DNA of 64,000 nucleotides. It comes from Raillietiella orientalis. Taxonomy: Eukaryota. This document shows, in pieces, positions 1-13,300 of the stretch. The stretch covers positions 434,001 to 498,000 of the forward strand of contig JAYWIR010000027.1 in NCBI GenBank assembly GCA_036172245.1, read 5' to 3'. Positions within the stretch are counted from its first letter, which is position 1; every line of letters begins with the position of its first letter. The translations under genes were made by a program, and so were the position numbers. Below the pieces are notes generated by a model. That model saw only the letters and a list, made by a program, of their open reading frames with translations. It made no database searches and was not told the origin of the DNA.

Positions 1-3000
1 ATGCACCGGCTCCGGATCGAACGCGGCCGATCCTTCGAGGACTCCTTTTCGGAAAGGTCGCGTTCCCCACTTCCGGCAAGGTGGGAGCTCTCTGGGGCTT
101 TCGCGAGCTCCTTGAACTCCCACCGAGACTCCTCCCAGGCGTCCCACCCCCAACGAGGCACGCCTTCCTCGGAAAGAACCCAGGCAACCTCCTCCCCAGA
201 AATGGGGGGGAGGAAGAGGACGAGGATTTCCGGGTTCGGGTGAACACGTGCCTGAGGGCATCTCGTCGCTCGAATGAATCTGCCTCTTCTTCCCAAGGAC
301 ATCGCCTTTGTGCCGAAGGTGGCTCGGCACAAAGACAGGTTGCGGAGGCAGGAGAAAAAGAGGAACGCGCCGGATTTTCTTCCCAGAGGGGGACAGGTGC
401 TGGGACTGCTGAAAGTAGCGACAACTGCGCACTGTGGCTAACAGTCCCGGCAGTGGAGGGCGTGGATAGGAGGTCCTAGTGGGGATCCCCTGCACACTCC
501 TTCTGGAGTCCGGATAGACGTCGCTCCCTTGTGTGTGCGTTCGGGATGCGAAGATGGCTGGTTGATCCTGGTGGGGAGGCACCTCTCCACGCCCTTGCGT
601 TCCCAACGGGTTGACGGATACCCTCCAAGAAAAATTTTTTCCACCAAGGTCGATACAGAACCCATTTTGTGGGGGAGGGGGGGCAGGAAACGGCGCTGTT
701 GAATCCCGGATGTCGCTGTTCCCGGAAGATGGGATCCTTCGCGAGACTTCTCAAACAAAAGATGCCCCCAGGTGGACCACGCTCTCCCTACCAAGAGTAT
801 GGGGGACTGTTGGTAGGGATACCTATTAAGAGTCCCCATCTTAGCATCGCGCGCGCAGGGGGAGTCACCAGCACTCCCAGACCAGAAGGAAATGCCGGGT
901 CGAACCTTTCCAGAAGCTCGAATGCCGGGACTGTCTGGAAAAGGGGCTCTGACCAGCGATCGAGTCAACGGCAGCTTTCTTTCGGGTCACCCCACGCAGT
1001 ACTTCCAGACGTGCTGGTATCAGATTCTGTGGGAAAAAGGTTCAGTCAGGATGCCTCAGGAAGCCCAGTGGGATTGCTCGGGGAGTGTCGGACCGCGTGG
1101 TCCAAAGAGGGAGCGATCGGGCAGATGCGCCTCCCGGAAGCGCATCCGGTGGAGAGGGCCCTACATGAAAACAGGCGGCTAAACCTTCCCAGAGGAAATT
1201 TCCGCCGCCTGGATCAGTCTCCTGCGAGTGCAGGCCGCGAAGGTTGCACGGGGTTTTTCCGTGGCAATCAAGAAGCAATTTGTTGAGTAGCAATTACGAG
1301 GGTGTATTATGATTGTAGCGTTTTTCCCTCCCTTCCTCCTTCTCCCCCATGCCACTTGGTCTTCATTGTTTCGCTACATTCTGATTTATCCGGGAATGGA
1401 AAACCTCCTGAGGATGCTGGAGGAGGAGTGCTGGCTGCAGAGATGCCACCTTTTGCCGCCCCTCGGTTCACATCGCCAGCGCCAAATGCTCGGTTTGGGA
1501 AAAGCTGAGGAGAAAAAAGAAAAGAATTCGGATGTCCTCAGGGGCAGGCGACCCGAAGCTCCAACCCTTCTGAGAGCCAACTCGAAAAGGGAAGGGTGCA
1601 AACCTGCTCTGGCATCTCCTGGCGACGCGGAGCTCGAAGCAGCGGAACGGAAGGCTCCTCTGCTCTGCTGGCGCTGGAGCCATTAAGGACTCCGGGCGGG
1701 TTCTCCGGGGTTTTCCCCGACAGAGGAGGGACTGACCCCTTCTGGAGGCCCCTGACATTCAGCAGAGACATCCGGAGACTGACAACGTGTGGCTTGTCGC
1801 ATCGCGAGTTTCGAGCCACCGCGATCTGCATCGCGGGCAGATCAGCGACGATGGCGCCTCAGGCAGCCGATGAATGAACGTGCTTTTACCAGAAAAAATA
1901 AATAAATACCAATGTCGGAAGATCATCAAGAAGATATGAGGAGCACGAAGAAATGGGAGCTGAAGGTTTCGAGGGTAGCAAAGCAGGAAGGGAAGGCGCG
2001 GTCGCACCATTCGCTCACGCTCAGGAGTGAGAAGAAGAAGGGGAATTGGAGGTCGGGATGGGGAGCTCTGCTGCCTCAGTCCTTGGGAGATCTCCTCCTG
2101 TACGCGCTGATCCAGACGTTTCGAACACCTCTCTCTCCGAAGCAGGGAGATTAAGATGAACGTGACTCCGCGTTCAGTTCAATTTCGCTCCGCTTTCGGG
2201 GGCGCCGCCGCGATGCAGCTCGAGGTCGTAGCCACCGAGGAGCAGAAGAGACTTTGGAGGAGACGATGTCTTTGAAGAATCCTGCAAGCGTCCTCCGGGC
2301 ATTAGAAAGCCGCTCTTGTAGACCTGAAGAATGCATTCCGGCAGCAGGTACGCGTCGGTCGATTCGGTCACCCGCGCCGGGAGGCACAGGGTCATTCTAC
2401 TACTCTGCTCATCCCACGGGATGGCCAGTGCGAGTGGAGCATCCACCGAGTGCTGTCTCCTAACCAAGAGCCACGTATCTCCTGAAAAGAAACATGCCGT
2501 CCAAACAGTGAGTGGAATCGCGAATTCCTCAGAGGGAATTCTCCAAAACTCTGCCCAGACTCTTGGCGCCGCTTCGTCAGCCAGCTGACTTAGACCCTTC
2601 CTTCCGTTGCCTTCCCATGGAGGCTCCTTTTTTCTCGTCGGAGGTCACCGTATCCAAACTGTTTGGATCCATCATCTGGATGACTTTGCTTATCCGATCC
2701 GGAGGAATCCTTTTCTCCCTCTCCTCCCGATCAATGATTCCTACACCTCTCACTGTGAGGTGATTCCACAGAGGGAAAAATCGAATCTCTGTGGACACGC
2801 AAGTCACTCGCAACCCTGGAGTCGCTTTCAAAGTCCTGGTCTGGAACAAAAAGGCCGAACTATCCTGTCTAATCTAATCCTCGGCTGCCAGTTCCTTCTG
2901 TTTCGGTTTTGTTAGCGCTTTTGTTAGCAGGCAGTTTCATCGGCGCCAACATCCTGTGTGGATGGTCCTTACCGATTCTCTCACCCAGACGTCCTTCGAG

Positions 3001-3449
3001 ACCGAGCCCTACGAATTGGTTGGTTCCTTATGTGGAGACTCTTCTGCAGCAGATTGGCATCTCTGTCCTCTTAGGTCGTTGATCCCCCCTCAGGAGCGTG
3101 ACTTATCGATGTCCTCTTGCTGACGAAAACCAGTCCCCACTCTGTCCTATTCAATTTGTATTCCTGACGACCCATGCTAGTGCCTTCCCATTCTGGAATG
3201 GCCGGGCCATTTATTTAAAATAAGTATTTTCATTTTACAAGATGTAAAAAGCCAAATTGTGACGGCCTGTAGTGAAAGGGCCAAACCTCACTTGGAAACA
3301 GGAAAGGGAGGAAGCCGAGGAGGGACGGAAGACCCAATTAATAAATAAATACATAAATAGATAATGGGATAGGCTGACCTCGTGATACTGATGCGCCATG
3401 GTTTCCGAGGATTTGAGCTATAGGAACACGATAGGGGGGGAATTTAACT

Positions 3450-4250
3450 GGTTTCAAGGCAACTGACCACTATCATTCTGTGGCGCAATCCTATTTCACA
3501 TCCTAGTTTGGACCGTTTCGTAGCAGTTTGCCCAAGGGCTATAGTGATTGCAACGGCTTCCCGGTATGACATTACACTCTTCCATTTTGGCAACCATCGC
3601 TGCGGCGCCGGTGACAAAGGATGACCAGTGAAGAGGATACGGGCGAGCCTGTAGAAGTGAGAATTCATCTGAACAGGTCCTATGAAGCATCATCGGGGAA
3701 TTGAAGTGTCCCTGAGATGCACGTGCAATCCTGCCACAGTCTGGGACGTTCCAAAATGAGGCATAATTGAATAATGGAATACTAGAGAAATAGTGCAAGA
3801 TTTCTACTGTTTCGGGGGTACATCTCCTGGGGAGTCTCTTCGCAAAGTCGTGACAATGAAGTCTCTCGGTTCGAGGAAGGACCCAGTGCGCTAGCAAGAT
3901 AGCGATGTGCTGATAGAGAAGGGGAAGGACGGAGACCCCACCAGGAAGCCTGTGATCTCGAATGTTTTCGGGAAAATCCCAAGAAACTCGATTCGCCTTT
4001 GTAAGCCCTGAGCAAGAAGATCTTTGGGCGCCAGTCTCTACGTTTTCCATTGAGCGATGGGCTTCTGTGAACCCGCAACACTGCAGGAGAATCATGTTCC
4101 GCTTCCCCCCTCTATAGAAGGGCTCCCATGGTGTCTTCAACGGTCTCGAGATGCGCCCTAGGAAGCAGAGGCTAATGTATTTGACGGTGTTAAGCTGCTT
4201 TCCCCATGGAGCTTGCATACAAGGTTGGAATATCCTTCATCAGTAATAGG
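3450..4250 (-). mobile_element. Decayed L1/Tx1-like non-LTR retrotransposon, ORF2 C-terminal (zf-RVT-like) remnant
   Basis: The minus-strand ORF contains LAHWVLPRTERLH...RCTPETVEILHYF...FW. This resembles the H-x-x-LPT-x-x-RL...CxxC..ET..H...FW signature at the end of L1/Tx1 ORF2. The cysteines are degraded and no RT core is visible. Confidence 0.35.
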
Positions 4251-7200
4251 TACTCCGCAGATTCCGCACAGATGTTCCACTGCTGTATCACTGCCATATG
4301 CAATTTTAAAATGCTCTCTGTGCTTTATCCTCTTTAATTACTTTTATCTATATTTCGACTTGAGATGACATTGACTTCTTCGAACAAACAAGCTAATAGA
4401 GAGATCAATGGATGGAAATAGATGGAGAAATATTAAATATTCGTCTAGCAATTCTCCTTTTTTAAAAAAAAATGATTTCTGACTTTTTTAAAAAAAAGTA
4501 TTATTTATTCATTGCCTCCGACTAGGCCCTTTGCCTGTCATGAACTCAAAAGAGTGAGTTCAAGCTATTCTCGCCAGCTCATTGGAACCCTGGGATCCCA
4601 AGCAACAGGGATGTTCTAAAAGAGCCGGATATTCATTCGCTCTGCTTACTGAGTAAAAAGAAACATCACATACAATAAAGGGATCAGGATAACTAGAAAC
4701 CATCGCAGAAAACGATGATGCCGCCCAACATCCAACAGAGCTTTTCACTCAGTTATGCCAGGCGTTTCTTTTCCAAAAAAAGAAAACAGGCAATGTAGAT
4801 TATTCAATCTACCACTCTTTGAAAAATTCAGGGAAGGAAATAAAAAGAAAACAACTGACTCTCTGGCCGGCTACACAGAAGGGCATTTTGCCACATTCCT
4901 TATTACTGCGGAATTGAGGTGGTCCTTCTCCCCTGCTGATGGGCATCCTCAGTGCTTCAAGACACCGCCATTCTTCTGGCGCAATGCAGGATTCGCGATC
5001 GGGGAATCAGGCGAAAGCCCGTCCCGTGTGGAGCAGCTCCGCAGCAACTCTTTGGCAGCGTCCTCGGGACCAAGTAGAGCATCCGCGAGGCGCTTTAGCA
5101 CGCGCCCAGGTTTACTGCATCTCAGCAGCAGGTACATAAAAGTTCCAATTTCTCCGCAGCCTGAACAGTTCGAGGAGGCTCTTTTCCCCGTCCAGCGATA
5201 TCGCCGCTGAGAGCACGAGAAGTCCCAGTGCACGAACGGCAAAGGTTCTTGTTGCCAGTTGAGGGGAGCGCAGAGCGGTCCAGGTAGAGGGAAGGGATCA
5301 CAGTCCCCGAGGGCGAAAGAGCCAGGTATTCTGCCCAAAAGAGCAGTCCTTTTGCGCGGGCACTGGATGCTGCCGCGTATTCCATTGACTCACCAGTTTC
5401 GTCTCTCCTGCTACGGAGCACGAGATCATCCACCCTGCTGTTGGCCACCGACGTTTTTCTCCCTTGAGGAGGACAGCGCTACGGATGGGAGGAGGGGAGG
5501 CAGTAGCCTGGTCCACTTCTTCCTGTCCCTTTCCTCTCCGCTCCGAGGTTGTGGAGGGGACTATCATGGTTGTATTTGTGCTCATGATGAGGATCCAGGT
5601 ACCCACTGCCCCTTGATGCCAAGCGTACTAGCTTGCGGGACAACAAGAGGTCCACTGATGTTCTTTCCAGTGGGAACCTAAGCGCCTTCGTGCGGCCTCG
5701 AATGCGGGGTAGCAACGACGCCATTCCCTCACAGCCGACTGAGCCTCAGGATTTCGCGCAAAGGCAGGCGCCAAAGCTGCATCCAGTTCTCGGCCATTGA
5801 GGCCATCATCCTAAACTGGAGCTGTAGCTACATCTATAATAGGAGGATGCCGAGTTCTGAATTTCTTCGTGGTGCGACCTGGTCTTTGAAGCAAACCTTT
5901 GTACTGGCGGAGCCCCATTGTGTTTTCCGCTGGAGGCCATCCGTTTTACGCCTCGGCTCATAGGGCGGGAGCGAAGCAAAAAGAAACTGGTAACCGGTAC
6001 CACTAGACAAGAGGTGCCGCTCCGAACTGTGCCAGGAGAAGGTGAGGCGTGCCTCGAGCACCCGTTACTGGATTGTGCTGGTCTCGGATCCGTGTGGGAA
6101 TCTTCCGCAACGGTCCTACAGCTTCCGATGGACAACCTCAGAGACTTAAGCGTGGGATGCAACGTCGCCTGCCGCAACGCTAGCAGCTCTTCACTGCTTT
6201 CGAGGTAGTGGCAGCCTGGAGGGACGCCCAAAGAGGAACGAACGACAGGAACGCCATCCATTTCATGACCTGCTTCATGAGTATCGTGTCGAGATGGCCT
6301 CACCTGGACAGAAATAAAGCGGAACTTGCTGGCATCTTTCAGAGGAAGCAGAGGACGCAATGGAGCAGACCGTGATCCCTTTCCCAGCTCCTTTCCCTCA
6401 GAGATATAAAATTTATTTACTTAGTTTTCTTTTTTTTTTGGTTTGCCTTCCCATTGCTCCCGATGCAGACTTCGATGGTCAACCAGCCGGCATCTCGGTA
6501 CTTGTCTCCAGTTGACTGGACTTGGTAAGACTTAGAGTGCTACTGCTCTTGTTCATTGTTTTTGCCAACACATGCCCTGGATTTACGGGTATTAAGTGCA
6601 GCACATCCCGCTCTTCTCCTTTACGCGTATGGTTTTCATACACCTTCTCAAACTGTCCGCCCGTCCCTCCCACGTAAATGGATGTTTGTTCACCATACGT
6701 TGCCTATTAACTATTATGAATGTCCCGACGATTCGCTTGGTCGAAGCTCGAGTACAAACCAATGGGGAAATTCAGTGGACCCTACAAGACTGATTTACCA
6801 ATGGTGCACGGAACAGAAGCAAAAAGATTCCGCATCAAGTCCTGATGTCTCTGGCCGCCTTTCATTTTGACATCTCCACACTCTTGCAGACAACATCGCT
6901 TCCCAGTTTGGCTTGCAGCGTCCGTCACTACAGCCTCCTGCTTGATCTTTAGCTCGTACCGATACTTGCTCTAACGCTCTTGCGGAGGATTAAAGAATCT
7001 GCTGAGACTTCCTTCTTTTGAATACATGAACTGAGGAGTGCCAGCGAGATTTAGCGTCCCATTATTTCCTTTTCTTTCGGGCAATTTCAGACACTTTCGT
7101 CTGCGAATGTGCTGTGTGTGGCATTTCCTTCGCAGACGTCTTGAAGTACCTTCGGCACCCTGTGGCTTATATGTGCCATTTCTGCACGCTGCCATTCCTC

Positions 7201-9556
7201 AGAGTGCAATCGAAAAACTGGGCGCAGGATCTCCTGGTTTCCGACTAGTGCAATTACACTCCCACTCTACTTGAAAGGGAGGAACAGACGTTCCCCTCAA
7301 TCGTCACTACTTTTCACATTTTGAAAACTCATGGCACACAACGACAGCTAAATTTGCGAAGATAAAGGTACAGCTCATGCGTTTGCGACAGTTACCAAGG
7401 CACGGTCTTGTCAAAGCGGACGGTTGGGTGCTTCAATGCTATGCGGAGTTACGAGAGATCTTTTTTTCTGGTGCTGCAAGCAAGGAAACAAGCTGTGTAA
7501 ACTGACACATCGAAGATCAACGCGTAATAGCTCCTTGATAACCACGACAAAAGAAAACATGCACACACGTGGTAAAATTATACCAAGTGACAAACAACAT
7601 CCGGCATTTCATTGTAAATTAACTGTTGTTGTGGGTACCGAGGTTTACTGATAAATCCCGAAAAAATATCCTTTAGTTTAACCGTTTGCCAAAAATACAC
7701 CTATAAATTCCTGGACAGTGGTCTGTAGGACTGAAAGCATGATAGTGCCATGACAAAGATTGGAGCGATTTGAAAAATTTTACAACCTTTCAAGATGAAA
7801 GTCTAACTCAAAATCAATGGTGGGAACCATGCTTAAATCCCAAAAAGCAATTTACGGGAAATTCGTTTATGGGTAACTTTCTTCAAATTTGGCCACTCGA
7901 CACAATCGGAAAATGATGAAGAAAAACAAACGCATTTATCTCATTTCCTGGTTTTCACGCTACCAATTATTATTATTCAAATGCAAAACATTTGCAGAAA
8001 ACACTTGTTGTAACACAAGCAGTCAAGTGAATATTGAATGTGATTATTAATGAAATTCCTGGCAATTCAAAACACATAATCTGCGTATCAAACATGAGTT
8101 GGAGTGACAGTATCAAGCTGGATGTCCCAGAGCATTCCCAGATACGACATCAAAATGATTACTCATGGATTGGCAAAAAGATGAATTCATTACTTTACCC
8201 TAATTGCAAACTTGCCTGGCCAGAAACCAACATCTGTTGGAACTCTGAATAAATTTTCCTTGCACACACAGTACTGACAGAATACTGACACATGCAAAAA
8301 ACTTAATCATGGCCTTCAAATGCCATGGTTGTAACATAGCGTATTGATGTTATTTTCATGAATAATACTTTAACTACATACTGATTTACAAGTTTAATCA
8401 CAAAGTGAATGCCATCAACGCCTCATTATCAACTACCTCATCATTGATATAAGAGAAATTTATCGATGTAACTGTCATAAATGCACGAATGCATTTTCAA
8501 TGTCCTACACAACTTGGTTCATGAACAAAAATCATTATTGTTCAATTTCCTATTCATTCCCACACATTCTTGTTTTTGCACTGAACTTAAACCAATCATG
8601 CTATGATTAAATACTGCTGTACATTCAATACACTTTGCTCTGTCTTTTCCCTTTACATCCTATTGCATTTTTTTAATGGTGCATTTACAAGACCTACATC
8701 TCACACATTTGAAATCAACATTTTTCAATTTGCATTCCTTCCACTTCTTTGGAAGCAGCAGCATCTCCATCTAATAGTGAATCCTCGCCAGACAAATTTC
8801 ATTACAGACAAAAAACTTGGCAACATAAGTTCATAAAATATATTATTATATGATAGCTTAATACACACCTTGAACATACCATCACCAGCACAACTGTTTA
8901 TAATATGAAAAGTTATTTGTTTGCATATCTGTGCAAAACTAAAAACTGGGCAAAGTTTGATAAGCAAAGAATACAAAAATATCAACAACTTCAGCAAACA
9001 GAAAACCAACAAAAATGCTTTGCTCCCACACAAAAACCACTTTTAGGCCAAAATCACACACAATAAAAAAACTCTGCTTATAAAGAGAATCCAAATATAA
9101 ACTTCCTGGTAATCAAGGCAACATCAATATTTGAATCCATAAACCTCCACATGATATGGCATCAGAAACTAAATTACACATAAAATATAAAGCTGACATT
9201 CTTATGCTATTAATTTATTTCTAACTATTGACTACAGAAAAAACAGCTAATTCTTACAGTCTTTACTCTTACACTCCTTTTGCACGAATGTGTAACAGAG
9301 TACTGCTCATATGACCCAATGATGGGCAATGCTCGTAATTATTAAGATTTAGATTTTAAAAATTGAAAAGCAACCTGAGAAGCAAACTGATTGCAAAGAT
9401 ACCTTGATTAAAACGGATATATTCAAGAAAGGTCTCTTGAGTGGTTATGAAATGCAATGCAGCAGAGAACTTACCAGGACTGTGCACAGCATTGCCACAT
9501 TAAAAAGTTTGTCTCAACCTTACATGTATTAGGATTAAAACAAATTTTGTCTCTCC

Positions 9557-9570
9557 TTATTTATTTATTT
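9557..9570 (-). promoter_or_regulatory. Polyadenylation signal(s) of RpL36A
   Basis: Overlapping AATAAA hexamers (AAATAAATAAATAA on minus) about 30-40 nt downstream of the TAG stop. Confidence 0.6.
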
Positions 9571-9597
9571 TCTCTCTTTTCTCAAATCTTAATCCAG

Positions 9598-10326
9598 CTA
9601 GAACTGGATCATCTGACCCTAATAATCAGAGTTTGAAAAATACTTCTTTGGAAAATTCATTTACCTTTCTTTTTCTATCACCACCTAATTCAAAGTGCTT
9701 GCAACGCTTCAAGGATAACTGCTTTCTGTATTTGCATTCTGAGCATTCCATACGTAGAACAATTTTTTTGGTTGTTTTTGCCTGAAGATGACATGCTTAA
9801 GAACATTACTGAAAGCTAAGTGACTTTACTTTTTTCCTGAAAATTGGTTTTGTTTGTCCTCCAAAACCTTTTTGTTTGCGATCATAGCGTCGTCTACCTT
9901 GGGAAACCTTTCTCTCCTTGCTTTTTTTATATTGCGTTACTTTGTGCTGGACGTGTTTGCCGCACTTACGGCAATATGTTGTTCGTTGTTTGGGTACATT
10001 AACCTAAAACACATTCTATGCATTACTGAATCTAAACAGATTGCATGCGTTTTGAGTACTCTCGGCTCAACCACATTCTTTTACCCAATTAACAAATTAC
10101 TATCGTAAATCCAAGAAGTATTAACTTCGAATAATATTTATTCATATGGTCATTTCATGAAAGTTCCATTAAGATACCATGGAACACGGCAGTTCCACAG
10201 AACCTTAGAAACGTTGCGCTTTCGATCTATCATCACAATAGTAAATTCAATAGAGGATGTATCGTAATTCAAATCGTAACAAAATATAACTCTTTCCGCA
10301 AAATGCAAAATCATTATGCTTACCAT
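9598..10326 (-). CDS. RpL36A: 60S ribosomal protein eL42 (L36a/L44), 104 aa
   Basis: Exons 10324-10326 (ATG|gtaagc), 9830-10003, 9665-9781 and 9598-9618, with GT-AG introns of 320, 48 and 46 nt. Spliced product: [104 protein letters not shown]. It has the eL42 zinc-finger cysteines and the GGQTKP motif. Confidence 0.98.
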
Positions 10327-13300
10327 TTTCAGCACGAATACTGCCTTACAAGTGGCAGGCACTTTTCCTACGTCGTCACGTGAGCTGAAACGAATCAGGG
10401 CCTCCTTTGCACTTACATGTAAAACAAAGATATGAAAACATTCTATATTATCGGAACACAACATTCCACTACGTGTATAATAATGTTGATATATACTGTA
10501 CACAAGTATATATGCATATGCATCCTACGTTTTTCATTTATCTTAGTATAAAGATGCAGTAGTATAAACACAAAGTAATATGGAAGCTATATATTAACAT
10601 ACGGAAGACAGAAAATGAAAAATATTTCATTAAGCTAGGAAGTGAACATTCATGAATAAGATATGCATTTCATTTTGTATGAAAGATACGCAGTACAGAA
10701 CATCCATCACAATTCCAATTGATTCCAATGAACATTAATCAGAGGAAATCAAGTTCTATCAAAAATTTTGGACTAATGATCTGAAATCCCAATGGCTACT
10801 CATTAAAAATCAGTTTAAATTGGAATACTGATGGCAAACATTCAAAAGAATTAATACCCAAACTTCAATGATTTTATTAATGCACTATATGTAAAGAGGC
10901 AAATAAATCAAAAAATGGTTTCAAAACATCTCCTAGCCACAATTTCAAAACACAATGATTGTAACAATGTAAGGAATAATATAAATAAATACTTTGACGT
11001 ACTCAGTACGGAACCAAAAATACGATTTAAAGAGTATTCGGACTTTGACGTGGAGTTCTTAATAATTATTACTTCAGGAGTAATTTTTTCATACTGGGTA
11101 TTATGCAATTTTGTGAGCCTAATCTAGAACTAGGTAGATTATATCATCATTTTATAAATGAAAATTTATTGATTTAAATTAGGTACTTTCAGCTTTACAA
11201 AAAAAAGTTTTGGGATTTACGTGGACTTCTATCAAAAATTAAATCGTATTTTTCCCACTGCACTTGTTCATAACTACTGGAACTGTTTTTCTGATTTAGA
11301 AAATTTATTGGCGGAGAAAAATACACCAAAAATTATTCGATCTGGAGGAGTAATAAGTCACCTGCTGCAAGGGAATCAATAATAGAAGACCCTCTAGAAT
11401 ATCTTGAGATAATGAAAATTGTAGCTGAAGCACACATGGTAAATGCCATCGCAAAGAAGCACTGCATTAAAGATCGTTAAGCGCTGTGATTAAGAGATTT
11501 GCATTTTCCCTAATCGTCGTCTATTACGCGTTCACGTAGCATTCGCGGTGCTTTGGATAGAATTCCATTCGTTTCTGTTACAGTGTTACCAGATTCTGTC
11601 TTTCCTAAAAGATACACATGATTCCATGGTTAATATATGTGCGGTCTGCATCCTGGTGATGGCAGTTTAAAAACTGATAAACTATGGAGTTCATCAGTGT
11701 CCAATGAGAAAAAGGATCTCTTTTATGCTTCTATATTTTAGAATAATATACCTAAAATTTGTTCCTCCAAATTGAATTTGAAATTGATATCTGTAAAAGA
11801 ATTTCCTCTTTTGTATGGAACCCTGGAAGAGTTTTTTTTTATTTTGCTTTCTTATCCTAAATAAGATTTGAGTAATTCTATTTTGGAAGAATTATACAGA
11901 CGGTTTCGAACGGAATGAATATTTGATAAATAGCAGAAGTTGAAAGTATGAAATAGTATGAAAGTTGCTATTTGAAAATATTTGAAAATAGCAACTTTCA
12001 TATACTTGCCGGTGAAAACACCAATTTTATTTCGTTCCGTTTAATTAAAAGTTTATTAGTGAAGGTCTTTGTGGTCGAATACCCACGATGATGTTGTGAT
12101 TCTCGTTTATACGGATTGTTTTGTTTCAGATAATAATTGGATCAGAATAACAGCTACAGGATCAAAAACGCACATACAGGACAGCATGCAGCTGTCACCT
12201 TGACAGTACCTCATAATTGCTCTAAATGAAAATTTATCAGCCTTGAGGATTGCATTCAATATTTGCGGAGAAAATCTAAAAAGAAAAAGGAACAAAAAAC
12301 AAAGTCCATGATCCTTTGCATAATTAATTGCTTTCGTACATATAGACAGAACGAGTCTTTCCATGTAGAAGATACAAAGCCGGTTGTGGGCCAAGGCAAG
12401 CTCAGCCTAGAGCCGGCTTTACCTTGCCTCTATAGTCACCTAAGGAACCAAATTTTAGAAGGCGCCAAAACTGAAAAGACTTCCAAAACACACAATATGA
12501 GTGTAAAATAACATCCTGATAGTGTTTCCACGTTGGTTTAGGAGTTTGGTTCTACACTTTTAGAAAAACCCCACGAAGTCGGTCGAGTGGTAACGAACAG
12601 CACACTAACCAGATGCTGCAAGTCACGAAATAGAAACTGCTATAATTCCCGAGGCCCATGGAATGACCATATTATTTGGATATTATTAAGGAGGAAGCTG
12701 ATAATATCACCGAAGCAGGGTCTGATAGGAAGGCAGTGAGCGGGCAGGTCTCATATAGAAGTTAGATCAGGAGAAGAAGCAGTAATGGCTCATCTTGTGC
12801 GCCAGAGCAAGATGATCAAGGAGGATTGATTCGAGGACCAAACATGATTTCGCAGCATTACTGTCAAATGACAACGATGAGTGTTTATGTGATTAAAATT
12901 ATGTTTCCTGTGAAGTAGGGTGAAAATGTCCAAGAAAGGAAAAAAATTGCCCGGTATTGAATTGAAAATCGTAAGCGTAAAGCTGAAAAACTCGGAAAAA
13001 AAAGGGAGAAAAGAAAAGAGAAGAAACAAGCGGGCACCTTTCGAAATTCCTAATAAAATCAGAAGAGCCAAACGATATCAAGCATGCCAAGGAACATCAA
13101 CCGGAAAGCAACAGTGCACTTCCGGTTGTTTGGATGAAGCAATCGAAAGCGCAATTTTCCTCATCCGATAGTTGTAAAAACGTGTAAAGGCATCTTAGGA
13201 GGCACACGTGGAAAATTGCAACACATCAACTCGACAACTCTAAATAACGATCCATTGGGTTTTTATTTCAGCTGAGCATGGAATCACCAATGAAACCAAT

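Noticed and set aside
10150..10240. Candidate snoRNA in RpL36A intron 1 (C box GTGATGA and a small hairpin)
   Set aside because: No suitably placed D box (CTGA) or terminal stem, and no H/ACA layout.
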